A stretch of 64,000 nucleotides of DNA from Vulcanimicrobiota bacterium (GCA_963805945.1 CAWDVP010000004.1:1-64000); one strand, 5' to 3'; positions 31,321-41,375 are shown, counted from the stretch's first letter. Notes: generated from the sequence alone by a model not told the origin. Made by a program: numbers and translations.

Positions 31321-32678
31321 GCGAGACGAGCGGCACGCAGCTCGGGCGCATCGTCGTCGAGCCGCCGGGGCCTCGCAGCCGCGCACTGTCCGCCCGGCTG
31401 CGCGAAGTGGAGCAGCGCAACGTCACGTTCCTGGACGAGGACTTCCCAGTCTTCTTCGAACGCGGCGCGGGCGCGAATCTCATCGACGTCGACGGCAACG
31501 TCTACGTGGACCTCACCGCCGCGTTCGGCGTCGCTGCCGCCGGGCACAGCAATCCGGCAGTGGTCGAAGCGGTCACCAAGCAGGCAGCGCTGCTGTTCCA
31601 CGGCATCGGCGACGTGCATCCGAACGAAGTCAAGGTCGCGCTGGCCGAGAAGCTGTGCGCGCTGACGCCGGGCGATGGCGCCAAGCGCGTCATCTTCTCA
31701 TCGACCGGCGCGGAGGCCGTCGAGTCGGCGATCAAGACCGCGGCGCTGGCCACCGGCAAGCCCGGCGTGCTCAGCTTCACCTCGGCCTACCACGGGCTCA
31801 CCTACGGTGCCCTCGACGCCACCGACCGCGATTTCTTTCGTGCGCCGTTCTCCAGACAGCTCGGCGGCTTCGCGCGGCGCGCACCCTATCCGTATTGCTA
31901 TCGCTGTCCGCTCGAGCTCACGTATCCGGCGTGCGAGAACGCCTGCCTCAGCTTCGTCGAGGAGGCGATGGCGGGCGAAGGCGGCGACCAGATCGGCGCG
32001 ATCATCATCGAACCCGTCCAGGGCCGCGGCGGTGACGTGCCGGCGCCGTTCGACTGGCTTCTCGAGCTGCGCGAGCTGTGCGATCGCCGCAAGCTCCTGC
32101 TCATCGCAGACGAGGTCTACACCGGCTTCGGCCGGACCGGCCGCTGGTTCGCCTGCGAGCACGCCGGCATCGTGCCGGATCTACTGTGCGTCGGCAAAGG
32201 CATGGCGTCCGGCTTTCCGATCTCCGCCTGCATCGGCCGCGCCGAGGTCATGGACGCCTGGCCGCGTTCCTCCGGCGAGGCGATCCACACGAGCACCTTC
32301 CTCGGTCACCCGACCGGCTGCGCCGCGGCGCTCGCCTCGATCGCGGAGCTGGAGCGGCTCGGCCTCGTGCAACGCGCGGCGACGCTCTCCGGCGATGTCG
32401 GCGAGATGCTTGCGCGGCTCGCCGAGAAGGTCGGTCCTGCCGTCGGCGACGTGCGCGGGCTCGGACTCATGTGGGGCATCGAGTTGGTGCACGAGGACGG
32501 CTCGCCGGATCAGCCGCGTGCCGCCGCGGCCGTCAATGGCGCGTTGCGCCGCGGCGTGGTCGTGCTCGCCGGCGGCCCCGACAGCAACGTCTTGGCCCTG
32601 TCGCCGCCGCTCGTGATCAGCCGCGAGCAGCTCGAATTCGGCGTCGATGTGCTCGCTGCGGCGCTCGCGGATGTGTGA
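31317..32678 (+). CDS. Class III PLP aminotransferase (GabT-like omega-transaminase)
   Basis: DVDGNVYVD, TGAEAVE, EPVQGRGG, DEVYTGFGRTG, PLP lysine in VGKG. Confidence 0.93.
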   Translation: MSETSGTQLGRIVVEPPGPRSRALSARLREVEQRNVTFLDEDFPVFFERGAGANLIDVDGNVYVDLTAAFGVAAAGHSNPAVVEAVTKQAALLFHGIGDVHPNEVKVALAEKLCALTPGDGAKRVIFSSTGAEAVESAIKTAALATGKPGVLSFTSAYHGLTYGALDATDRDFFRAPFSRQLGGFARRAPYPYCYRCPLELTYPACENACLSFVEEAMAGEGGDQIGAIIIEPVQGRGGDVPAPFDWLLELRELCDRRKLLLIADEVYTGFGRTGRWFACEHAGIVPDLLCVGKGMASGFPISACIGRAEVMDAWPRSSGEAIHTSTFLGHPTGCAAALASIAELERLGLVQRAATLSGDVGEMLARLAEKVGPAVGDVRGLGLMWGIELVHEDGSPDQPRAAAAVNGALRRGVVVLAGGPDSNVLALSPPLVISREQLEFGVDVLAAALADV

Positions 32679-32697
32679 AGATCATCGCGAATGCGCG

Positions 32698-32748
32698 TTA
32701 TGCACAACTCTTCCACAACAAAGTTTTTCAAACCGCCGCTTATCCACA
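32698..32748 (+). promoter_or_regulatory. Cluster of co-oriented DnaA-box-like 9-mers
   Basis: TTATGCACA (32698), TCTTCCACA (32709), TTTTTCAAA (32724), perfect TTATCCACA (32740). Confidence 0.65.
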
Positions 32749-32778
32749 ATTTAATGGCAAAACGAACAGTCGTTCCGC

Positions 32779-32807
32779 TTGTGCTGATTAAGGCCTGATT
32801 GTATACT
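32779..32807 (+). promoter_or_regulatory. Sigma70 promoter
   Basis: TTGTGC-N17-TATACT. Confidence 0.7.
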
Positions 32808-32813
32808 GCCACT

Positions 32814-33067
32814 ACACCGACCGCGGTGCCGGGGAAGCGAAGCAACAACGGATGGTGCGAGTGCAATCGCACAGAGCTGAGCGCCTCGGGAATGGTACCC
32901 CTGCCGTTGGGGACTAGGCTTCCAGCCCAGTGATGGCCCTGGGGATCGCGTCCCAGTAAAGCCAAAGTAAGCGAACCGGCAACGGCCGTTGACCAGTTCG
33001 AAAATGAGGCTTCCGCGCCATCGACCAGACCAGTTACGACCGGGCTCACGCCCGGTCGTTACTGTTT
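32814..33067 (+). ncRNA. Unidentified structured RNA (sRNA or cis-regulatory leader)
   Basis: Promoter upstream, terminator-like hairpin downstream, 5'/3' closing helix and five internal hairpins; no credible ORF. Confidence 0.6.
33031..33067 (+). terminator. Intrinsic-terminator-like hairpin
   Basis: ACGACCGGGC-TCAC-GCCCGGTCGT followed by TACTGTTT. Confidence 0.6.
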
Positions 33068-33074
33068 CCGGGGT

Positions 33075-34394
33075 ATGACATCGGCCCGGCTCTCGCGAAG
33101 AACTGCCGACGTGTCCTCGTCGCTGCAAGAGACCGCCGCTCCGTACGAAGCGCTCATCGAGCAACCCACCCCCCACGCCCGCGCGCGCTACGGCGCGTTC
33201 GCCTACCGCGAGTTCCGCCTGTTGTGGTTCGGCCTGCTCGTGTCCAATACGGGCGGCTGGATGGCCATTCTCGCCCAGGGCTGGCTCGTCGTCGAGCTGG
33301 CGCCCAACGCGGCCCTCGCCTCGCTATACCTCGGCCTGGTGGGCTTTGCGCGCGCGGTGCCCGTCTTCGCGCTTTCAGGCGTCGCAGGGGCGCTCGCCGA
33401 CCGCGTCGATCGCCGCCGTCTCCTCGCGGTCAGCCAGGCCGTGCTCGCGTTGCTCACCCTCGCACTCGGCATGCTCGCGCACACCGGCGCGGTGCGCGTG
33501 TGGCACGTGCTCGTCATCGCAGCCTGCTCGGCCGCCGCGAGCTCGTTCGAGGCGCCGACGCGGCAGTCGCTCGTCTCGATCCTGGTGGGTAAGCGCGAGC
33601 TGATGAACGCGATCGGGCTCAACTCCGCGGCCTTTAACGCCCCCGCGATCGTCGGACCGGCGCTCGGCGGCATCGTGGTGAGCGAGTACGGCGCAGCGAC
33701 GTGCTTCTTCATCAACGCCGCCTCGTACGCGGCGGTGCTGGCGGCCGTGCTGCTCATGAAGCCGAAACCAGCCCTCGGGCCACCGCCAGAGCACGACATC
33801 TGGCATGACGTCATCGAAGGCTTCCTTTATGTACGGGCCAACACGCTGATCTTCGCGGTGCTCGGACTAGGCGCGCTCCAGGCGCTCGTCGCCCGGCCCT
33901 ACATGCAGCTGCTGCCGGCGTTCTCGAAGTCGGTGCTCGGGGGCAATGCTCGGGAGCTGGGCATCCTCATGGCCGTGGCGGGCGCCGGAGCGCTCGCAGG
34001 CTCGATCATCACCGCGTTCCTCGGCGCCCGCCAGCCGCGCGGGCCGCTCTTGCTCGGCACCGCGGCCGCATCGGGCCTTTTCCTCGCCCTGCTCGCTTTC
34101 ACCAAGACGATGTGGCCTGCGGCGATCGCGCTGCTATGTCTCGGCACCGTCGCCATGCTGTTCTTGGGCACGGCGAACACGATCTTGCAGACGCACACGC
34201 CGATGGCGATGCGCGGGCGCGTCATGTCGATCTACACGATGATCTTCTTGGGCTTCATGCCGCTAGGCTCGTGGCTGCTCGGCTCGATCGCCAGCGTCAC
34301 CTCGCTGCCGGTGGCGTTCGCGCTCGGCGGCGCCGTGTTGATCGCCGGCGTGGCGATCACCGCGCGGCGCGCCGACGTCCGCGCCCTGACCTAA
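33075..34394 (+). CDS. MFS transporter (H+ antiporter/macrolide-efflux-like)
   Basis: FRLLWFG, GALADRVDRRR, MRGRVMSIY; about 12 TM helices. Confidence 0.9.
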   Translation: MTSARLSRRTADVSSSLQETAAPYEALIEQPTPHARARYGAFAYREFRLLWFGLLVSNTGGWMAILAQGWLVVELAPNAALASLYLGLVGFARAVPVFALSGVAGALADRVDRRRLLAVSQAVLALLTLALGMLAHTGAVRVWHVLVIAACSAAASSFEAPTRQSLVSILVGKRELMNAIGLNSAAFNAPAIVGPALGGIVVSEYGAATCFFINAASYAAVLAAVLLMKPKPALGPPPEHDIWHDVIEGFLYVRANTLIFAVLGLGALQALVARPYMQLLPAFSKSVLGGNARELGILMAVAGAGALAGSIITAFLGARQPRGPLLLGTAAASGLFLALLAFTKTMWPAAIALLCLGTVAMLFLGTANTILQTHTPMAMRGRVMSIYTMIFLGFMPLGSWLLGSIASVTSLPVAFALGGAVLIAGVAITARRADVRALT

Positions 34395-34426
34395 AAGAAA
34401 AACGGCGCCGCGTGTGCGGCGCCGTT
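34393..34426 (-). terminator. Intrinsic terminator between convergent genes
   Basis: AACGGCGCCGC-GTGT-GCGGCGCCGTT with an adjacent A-run (U-tract on the minus strand). Confidence 0.75.
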
Positions 34427-34446
34427 CGTGATGTCTGGCCTTGTCC

Positions 34447-35432
34447 TTAGCCGTTCTGGTCGGGCACCACGATCACAGCCGAAGGACCGTGCGCCGGCAC
34501 GCGTGGTGCTACGCTCGGCGCGTCGACCACGAAGAAGTTGGTGTCCGTTCCTGGGCCGATGGCAAAGGAGTCGTCGCCGAATTGGGTCGGGCTATGGTTG
34601 GTGTTGCTCACGCATGCAGCGTTGCGCGGATCATCGGCCGTAATCGAAGGAAGCGAGGGAACCGCCGCGTTCGGCGGTCCTGCCGCTGCGTTGACTCTCG
34701 GGGATGATCGCGGCTCCTACATAGGCGCCAAAGCAGAAGGTCCCGGTCGTGCTCGACTTCAGCAAGAAGTTGGTCTTCCAGCTCGTCGTCACTTTGCCGG
34801 GCGTACCCACGGTGATTCCCGTGCCGATGGCAGTCCCTGCGTTCGTGCCGTCGCCGCATAGCGCCGGCGCGGGGCACGAATACCAGAAGTCGAGCGTGCC
34901 CGCGTTCGGCGATGCGTTGAGGACGCTCACCGCGCGGATGCCGACCGGCGTCTGATAGACCGGCATGGTGAAGATGCCGAACGTCGTCGTGTGATACGCG
35001 GCGTCGCCTTCCGCGACGACCGTGATCTTCTGACCGGCCGCCACGGTGACGATCTGATCGAGGAACGTCGGGCTGCAGCGTGCCGTGCTGCACGAGTTTG
35101 ATATCATGCGGTCCGACCGGCAGCTCGATGTACGGCGTGACCGGTACCGCGGGGCCGCCGGAGACGAACGGCACTGACGCCGCGTACGGGTACGCGAAAT
35201 TGAGGATCGCGAGCTTGTTGTCGATATACAGGTCGGTGTTGTTCACGAGCAGGTTCAGGTTCGGCGAGCCTTGGACGAATTGAACCCGCGCCGAGCCGCC
35301 TGGAAAGCCGATGGGTTGGCCGAACGGACCCGATGCCGGCACCGGAGTCTGGCTGCTGACACAGGACGCCAAAGTTACCCCGGCCACCAACGCAGCGCCG
35401 ACTGCGGCAAAACGTGAGAAGCTCATCCGCAT
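34447..35432 (-). CDS. Lipoprotein, DUF4397-like (frameshifted)
   Basis: Lipobox LASC; repeated ARVQFVQGSP / VSVLNASP motifs. Confidence 0.65.
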
Positions 35433-35559
35433 AGAGGTCCTTTCCCCGAACGTGCGTGAGGAGTTCGCAAACGCGCCTTTGCGACGGTTGTACCGGGCCG
35501 TGTTTCGACCAGAAGGGGGGTGTCCCTTCCCCCGCCGCGCGACCTGTCGGACGGGCGGT

Positions 35560-37133
35560 TTAGGCCGGGGGCGCCTCAAGCCGCTTTTTCACGGCTTGCA
35601 GAAAATGGGACGCGACGGCGCCGTCCAAAACCCGGTGGTCGAGGCATAAGCAGAGGTTCATGATGTGCCGGATGACGATGGCCTCGCCCACCACCCACGG
35701 CCTGCGGACGATCGCTTCCATGGTGATGATGGCGGCCTGCGGCGGGTTGATGATGGGCACGGAGGCGATGCTGCCGAGGCTGCCGGTGTTATCCACAGTG
35801 ATGGTGCCGTCGGTGAGATCGTCCAGCACGAGCTTGCGGGTGCGCGCCTTTGAGACCAGATCGTTGATGCTGGCGGCGAGCCCGGCCAGGCTGTAGCGGT
35901 CGGCGTCCCTGACCACGGGCACGACGAGCCCTTCTTCGACGTCGATGGCGACGCCGATGTTGATGTGGCGCCGCTGGATGATGGAATCGCCGGCCCACGT
36001 CGCGTTGACCATCGGGTATTCGCGGATGGCGCCGCATACCGCTTGGATGACGAGCGGCAGGAAGGTCAGCGCCACGCCTTCGCGCGCCTTGAACGCCTCC
36101 TTCTCTTTGTTGCGCCACTCGACGAGACCGGTGACGTCGGCTTCCACCATAGACCAGGCGTGCGGAATCGTCGTCTTCGACAGCACCATGCGTTCGGCGA
36201 TCGTCTTGCGCATCTGCGAGAGCCGGATGACGGTGTCGTCGGGTCCGGGCGGTGCGATCGGCAATGGTTGAATCGTTGAAGCGGCGACTTTTATCGGCGC
36301 GGGCGCTGGCGCGCTCGGCGCAGGCGCGCTCGGCGCGGTGACGCTCGGCGCGTGCGGCTGCCGGCAGGCGCGACGACGGGAGCCGCGCTCGCGGCCGGCA
36401 CGATGGCCGGCGCCGGTTCGGCGGCCGGCTTTTTCGCAGGCGGCGCCGTCGCAGGCGGCGTTGCGGCTGCGGATTGCATCGCTGCCGGCGCGGCTGCAGC
36501 TGCTTTGGGAGCCGTGCCGGATTCGACGTGCGCGACGACGTCGCGCGCGGTGAGCCGTCCGCCGCGTCCGGATCCGGAGAGCCCAGCGAGATCGATATGA
36601 TGCATGCGCGCGAGCCGGCGGACCGCCGGCGAATAGCGCGCGCCGTTGCCGCCCGCCTGTGAATCTGCTTCGGCGGCCGGCGCGGCGACAGGTGCGCTGG
36701 TCGGCGGCGCACTCGCGACAGGTTCCGGCGCGGCTGCGGCGACGGGTGCGGGCGCAGGCGCGGGTGAAGCAGCGGCGCCGGCGCCGGTGGGCGGCGGGTG
36801 CGGCGACCGCGGGCGCATTGCGGCGGCGGGCGCGGCGGCGACGGGAGCAGGCGCCGCGACCGGCGCGGGAGCGGGTGTGGGCTCGCTCGGCGCCTCACCG
36901 GCCGCGAGGATCTCGCACACCGGCGCGCCGACCGGCACAGTCGTGCCTTCTTGCGCCATGATCCTCGAGAGCGTGCCGGCGAACGGCGACGGGATCTCGG
37001 AAGCGACTTTGTCGGTCTCGACTTCGAGCAGCGGCTCGTACTTGGCCACCGCATCGCCGGCCTTCTTAAGCCAGCGGCCGACGGTGCCTTCCGTGACCGT
37101 CTCGCCGAGTTGCGGCATCAAGACTTGTGGCAC
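35560..37133 (-). CDS. 2-oxoacid dehydrogenase E2 dihydrolipoyl acyltransferase (frameshifted)
   Basis: Lipoyl motif VETDKV, E3-binding SPAVRRLA, catalytic DHRVLDG. Confidence 0.93.
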
Positions 37134-37149
37134 TACGAACCCCTCGTGG

Positions 37150-38136
37150 TCAGACGGCGATCAGGTCGCGAGCGGCCGCCGCGATGCGCGCGGGGCTCGG
37201 CATGAACGCCTCTTCATATTCCTTCGCGTAGCCCATCGCAGGCACGTCCGGACCGCACAGGCGCCGGATCGGCGCATCGAGCTCGAAGAGCGCTTCTTCA
37301 GCGATGATGGCCGCGATCTCCGCGCCGACGCCGCCGAACTTATTGTCCTCGTGCACGATGAGCAGCGCCGCGTCTTGGTCGCGGTCGCGATGATCGCTTC
37401 TTTATCCATCGGCCGTATGCTGCGCAAATCGAGCACTTCTGACGTCGATGCCCTCGGCCGCCAGCGTCTCCGCCGCTTCCACCGCCATATGGCGCATGAG
37501 GCCGTAGGTGATGATCGAGAGGTCCTTGCCGGGACGGGCGATCGCGGCTTTGCCGATCGGCACCGTGAAGTCGCCGTCGCGGCACGTCGCCTTTGATGAG
37601 CCGGTAGGTCCGCTTGTGTTCGAGCACGAGCACGGGATCGTCGTCGCGGATGGCGCTCGTGAGCAGGCCTTGCGCATCTGCCGGCGTCGACGGCACGCAG
37701 ATCTTGAGGCCGGGGACGTGGTAGAACAGCGCCTCGACGCTCACCGAGTGCGACAGCGCGCCGCGAACGCCGCCGCCGTACGGCGTGCGGATCACGAGCG
37801 GACACGTGTTGCCGCCGTGGCGCTGCGATAGCGTATCTTGGCGGCCTCGCCCACGATCTGGTTGTACGCGGGATAGATGAAGTCGGCGAACTGGATCTCC
37901 GCGATGGGCCGCATGCCGGCCACCGCCGCGCCGATCGCCACGCCGACGATCGACGCCTCCGCGAGCGGCGTGTCGATGACGCGCTGCTTGCCGAACTTGT
38001 CGAGGAAGCCTTGGGTGATGAGGAAGACGTTGCCGCGCGCGCCGACGTCCTCGCCCATGATGAACACGCGCTCGTCGCGGACCATCTCGTTGTACATGGC
38101 GTCGCGCACGCCTTCGAGCACCGTCTTCGTCGGCAT
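37150..38136 (-). CDS. 2-oxoacid dehydrogenase E1 beta (frameshifted)
   Basis: [26 protein letters not shown]. Confidence 0.93.
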
Positions 38137-39153
38137 TACGAGAGCGGCCCCGACGCGTACACGTGCGTGTACAGGTCTGCTTCGGTCGGCGTGCGGCTGC
38201 GCCTCGGCCCAGTCGGTCGCCTCTTCGACTTCTTTCTCCATCTGCGCGCGCACGTCGGTGAAGAAGTCGTCGTCGGCGAGCCCGCGGTCGCGCAGCCATG
38301 CTTCGAACTTCGGCAATGGGTCGCGTGACTTCACCGACTCGATCTCGTCGGGCGTGCGATAGGTGAGCTGATTGTCGTCCGAGGTGTGCGACATCGCGCG
38401 ATAGCACTTGGCCTCGACCAGCGTCGGTCCGCCGCCGCTGCGCGCGCGCTCGACCGCCTCGTGCACGACCGAGTACGTCATCACCGGATCGGTGCCGTCG
38501 CAGATCATGCCTTGCATGCCGTAGCCCGCCGCGCGGTCGGCGACGTTGTGGATGGCCATCTGCATCTTCTGCGGCACCGAGATTGCGTATTCGTTGTTCT
38601 CGCACAGGAACACGCACGGCACTTTATGGATGGCGGCGAAATTGAGCGACTCGTGCCATTCGCCTTCGCTCGTCGACCCCTCGCCGAACGTGATGAGCAC
38701 GACCGCTTGCTCCTTGCGCATCTTGAACGCGAGCGCCATGCCGACGCCGTGCGGGATGTGCGCGGCGATGATGCTCGAGATGCCCGCGATGTTGCGGTCC
38801 GGCACGCAGTAGTGGTTGGGGAACTGCCGACCGCTCGAGAAGATGTCGCCTTTGCGCGCGAAGAGGCACATCAACTGCTCCTTCGCGGTGACGCCGTACG
38901 ACAGCGCCAGGCAGGTGTCGCGGTAGTACGGCACGACCCAGTCGGTGCCGGCATGCAGGGCGAACGCGGCGCCCGCTTGGACCGCCTCGTGACCCTGGCA
39001 GGTCGCGGCGAAGGGGATCTTGCCCTGGCGGTTGAGCGCGAACGCGCGGTCGTCGCACAGCCGCGTCAAGAGCATCTTGGAATACATCTCGCGCAGACGC
39101 TCGGGCGTCAATCCGTCCGGCAATGCCGCACGGATCCGAGGCTCACTCTTCAT
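38136..39153 (-). CDS. 2-oxoacid dehydrogenase E1 alpha (resembles the branched-chain type)
   Basis: TPP motif FGEGSTSEG...NN, PYYRD, HTSDD. Confidence 0.92.
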
Positions 39154-39209
39154 AGGCGGGTTGGTTTCTCCCAGGCGCGGCGCTTCCCCTTACGCGCGCT
39201 TGTTTGAGA

Positions 39210-39263
39210 GTCGACCTAAAGGTCGGCCCCTACATGTCGGCCCCTATATGTCGGCCCCCACAT
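39210..39263 (-). repeat. REP-A copy with a 14-bp arm triplicated
   Basis: GTCGGCCCCTACAT / GTCGGCCCCTATAT / GTCGGCCCCCACAT at 39222, 39236, 39250. Confidence 0.88.
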
Positions 39264-40684
39264 CCTCGCCGCCGGGGGATTTGCGCGCCACGCCCGATTC
39301 TGCCGCCGCGGCGGCGACCGCCTTGGCGACCGCCTCGACCACCCGCGAGTCGAACACCGATGGGATCACGTATTCCGACTGACAGTTCGTCGGGCGAGAT
39401 CACCGAGGCGACCGCGTGCGCGGCCGCGAGCTTCATCGCATCGTTGATGCAGCGCGCGCGCGAGTCGAGCGCGCCGCGGAAGACGCCGGGGAAGACGAGC
39501 AGATTGTTGATCTGGTTCGGATAGTCCGAGCGGCCGGTGCCGAGCACCGCGACGTACGGCTCGGCGAGCTCGGGCGCGATCTCGGGCAGCGGGTTCGCCA
39601 TCGCGAAGACGATCGGGTCTTTCGCCATCGAGCGGACCTCGTCGACGCTGACGATGTTCGGCTTCGACAGGCCGATGAACACGTCGGCGCCCTGCAGCAT
39701 CGCCGCCAGCGTGCCGGCCCGGCGCTGTTTGTTGCTGTGATCGGCGACCCACTGCCACATCTCGTTGCCGGGATACGCCGCGCCCGGCACGAGCGCGCCC
39801 GCGCGATCGACGCCGATCACGTCGCCCGCGCCCGCCGAGAGCAGGATCTTCGCGGTCGCGCTGCCGGCGGCGCCGACGCCGTTGATGACGATGCGCACGT
39901 CTCCGATCTTCTTGCGCACGACTTTGAGCGCGTTGAGCAACGCGGCGAGGATGATGATGGCGGTGCCGTGCTGGTCGTCGTGCATGACCGGGATGTCGAG
40001 CGCTTCGGTGAGGCGGCGCTCGATCTCGAAGCAGCGCGGCGACGCGATATCCTCGAGGTTGATGCCGCCGAACACCGGCGCGATGTTGATGACGGTCTTG
40101 ACGATCTCGTCCGGCTCGGTCGTCGCGAGGCAGATCGGGAACGCGTCCACCCCCGCGAACTGCTTGAAGAGCATCGCCTTGCCTTCCATGACCGGCAGCG
40201 CGGCGTACGGTCCGACGTCGCCGAGCCCGAGCACCGCCGTGCCGTCGGAGACGATGGCGACGGTGTTGCGTTTGATGGTAAGGCTCCACGCCTTGCCGGG
40301 ATCTTCGGCGATCGCGAGGCTCACCCGCGCGACGCCCGGCGTGTACACCCGTGACAGCACGTCGCGGTTGGTGACCGCGATCTTCGGATTGACCTCGATC
40401 TTGCCCCCGAGGTGCGCGAGGAACGTGCGATCGGTGATGTGGATGATCCGCACGCCCTCGATCTTCGCGATGTCCGCGACGACCCGGTGGAGATGATCCT
40501 CGTCGCTGACCTCGATGCTGATGTCGCGGATCGCGCGCTTCATGCCGACGCGGCTGACGTCCACCGCGCCGATGCGCGCGCCCGCATCCGCGATGGCCGC
40601 GGCGATGCGGGCGAAGGTGCCCAGCGCGGTCGGCGCCTCGATGCGCACGATCGAGGAAAAGGCGATCTTGAGCGGGCTAGCCAC
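39244..40684 (-). CDS. NAD(P)-dependent malic enzyme with N-terminal ACT domain (frameshift near the 3' end)
   Basis: [40 protein letters not shown]. Confidence 0.95.
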
Positions 40685-40763
40685 GTGCTCTCCTCATCTT
40701 CTTTACGTGTGCCCTTTCCGCAGCACGTAGGGGGACGCCCTTTGGGCGCGAAGCGATTGCCGC

Positions 40764-41138
40764 ATGAACGCTCCCCGCCATCTGCGCGACCCGCAGGACA
40801 CGCTCGCGCTGAGCGCCGCCGCAGGCGCGCGCGACGCCGGCACGCTCGACGCGTGCCGCCGCCTCCTGCTGCCGCTGCGCCAGGCCGATGCGGACCGGGG
40901 CAGCGACCTGGAGCGGACGCTGCGCTCGTACTACGCCTGCGGCTGCTCGGTCTCCAAGACGGCCGACGTCCTGTTCTTGCATCGCAACAGCGTCCGTTAC
41001 CGGCTCGACCGCGTGCGCGCGCTGCTCGGCGCGCAGCTCGAGCATCCCCACGTCTCCGCCGCGTTCATCGCGGCTTTCGCGATCGATGCTGCGGCGACGC
41101 AGGACGAGGAACGGCATGCGGCTGAGCGCGCGCAATAA
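40764..41138 (+). CDS. Stand-alone PucR/CdaR C-terminal HTH protein
   Basis: TLRSYY, TADVLFLHRNSVRYRLDRV. Confidence 0.85.
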   Translation: MNAPRHLRDPQDTLALSAAAGARDAGTLDACRRLLLPLRQADADRGSDLERTLRSYYACGCSVSKTADVLFLHRNSVRYRLDRVRALLGAQLEHPHVSAAFIAAFAIDAAATQDEERHAAERAQ

Positions 41139-41319
41139 ACTGCCCGGCGTGGTCGAATCGATCGTCGCCGACGGGCTGCAGGCCAAAGTCGGCATCCGCG
41201 TCGGCGAGAACTACATCGTCGCGATCGTGACCGCCGAGGCGGTCGAGGAGCTCGAGCTCAAAGTGGGCGACGCGGTCACCGCGGTGATCAAGTCCAGCTC
41301 GGTGATGCTCGCGAAATAA
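41116..41319 (+). CDS. Mop/TOBE molybdate-binding protein (molbindin)
   Basis: LSARNKLPG, IKSSSV; 67 aa. Confidence 0.9.
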   Translation: MRLSARNKLPGVVESIVADGLQAKVGIRVGENYIVAIVTAEAVEELELKVGDAVTAVIKSSSVMLAK

Positions 41320-41321
41320 AA

Positions 41322-41348
41322 AGGGCCGACCTAAAGGTCGGCCCCTAC
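41322..41348 (-). repeat. REP family A
   Basis: Minus strand GTAG-GGGCCGACCT-TT-AGGTCGGCCC. Confidence 0.9.
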
Positions 41349-41375
41349 ATCAGCCGTCGTGATTAGCCGCCGAGA

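Noticed and set aside
32814..33067. Assignment as tmRNA, RNase P, SRP, 6S or a cobalamin/SAM riboswitch
   Set aside because: Diagnostic motifs not found by eye (no GAGGAAAGTCC, no SRP GGAA helix-8 motif, no tRNA-like acceptor/T arm); left unassigned.
36291..36900. Low-complexity GC-rich repeats
   Set aside because: These encode the ordinary Ala/Pro-rich linkers of the E2 subunit.
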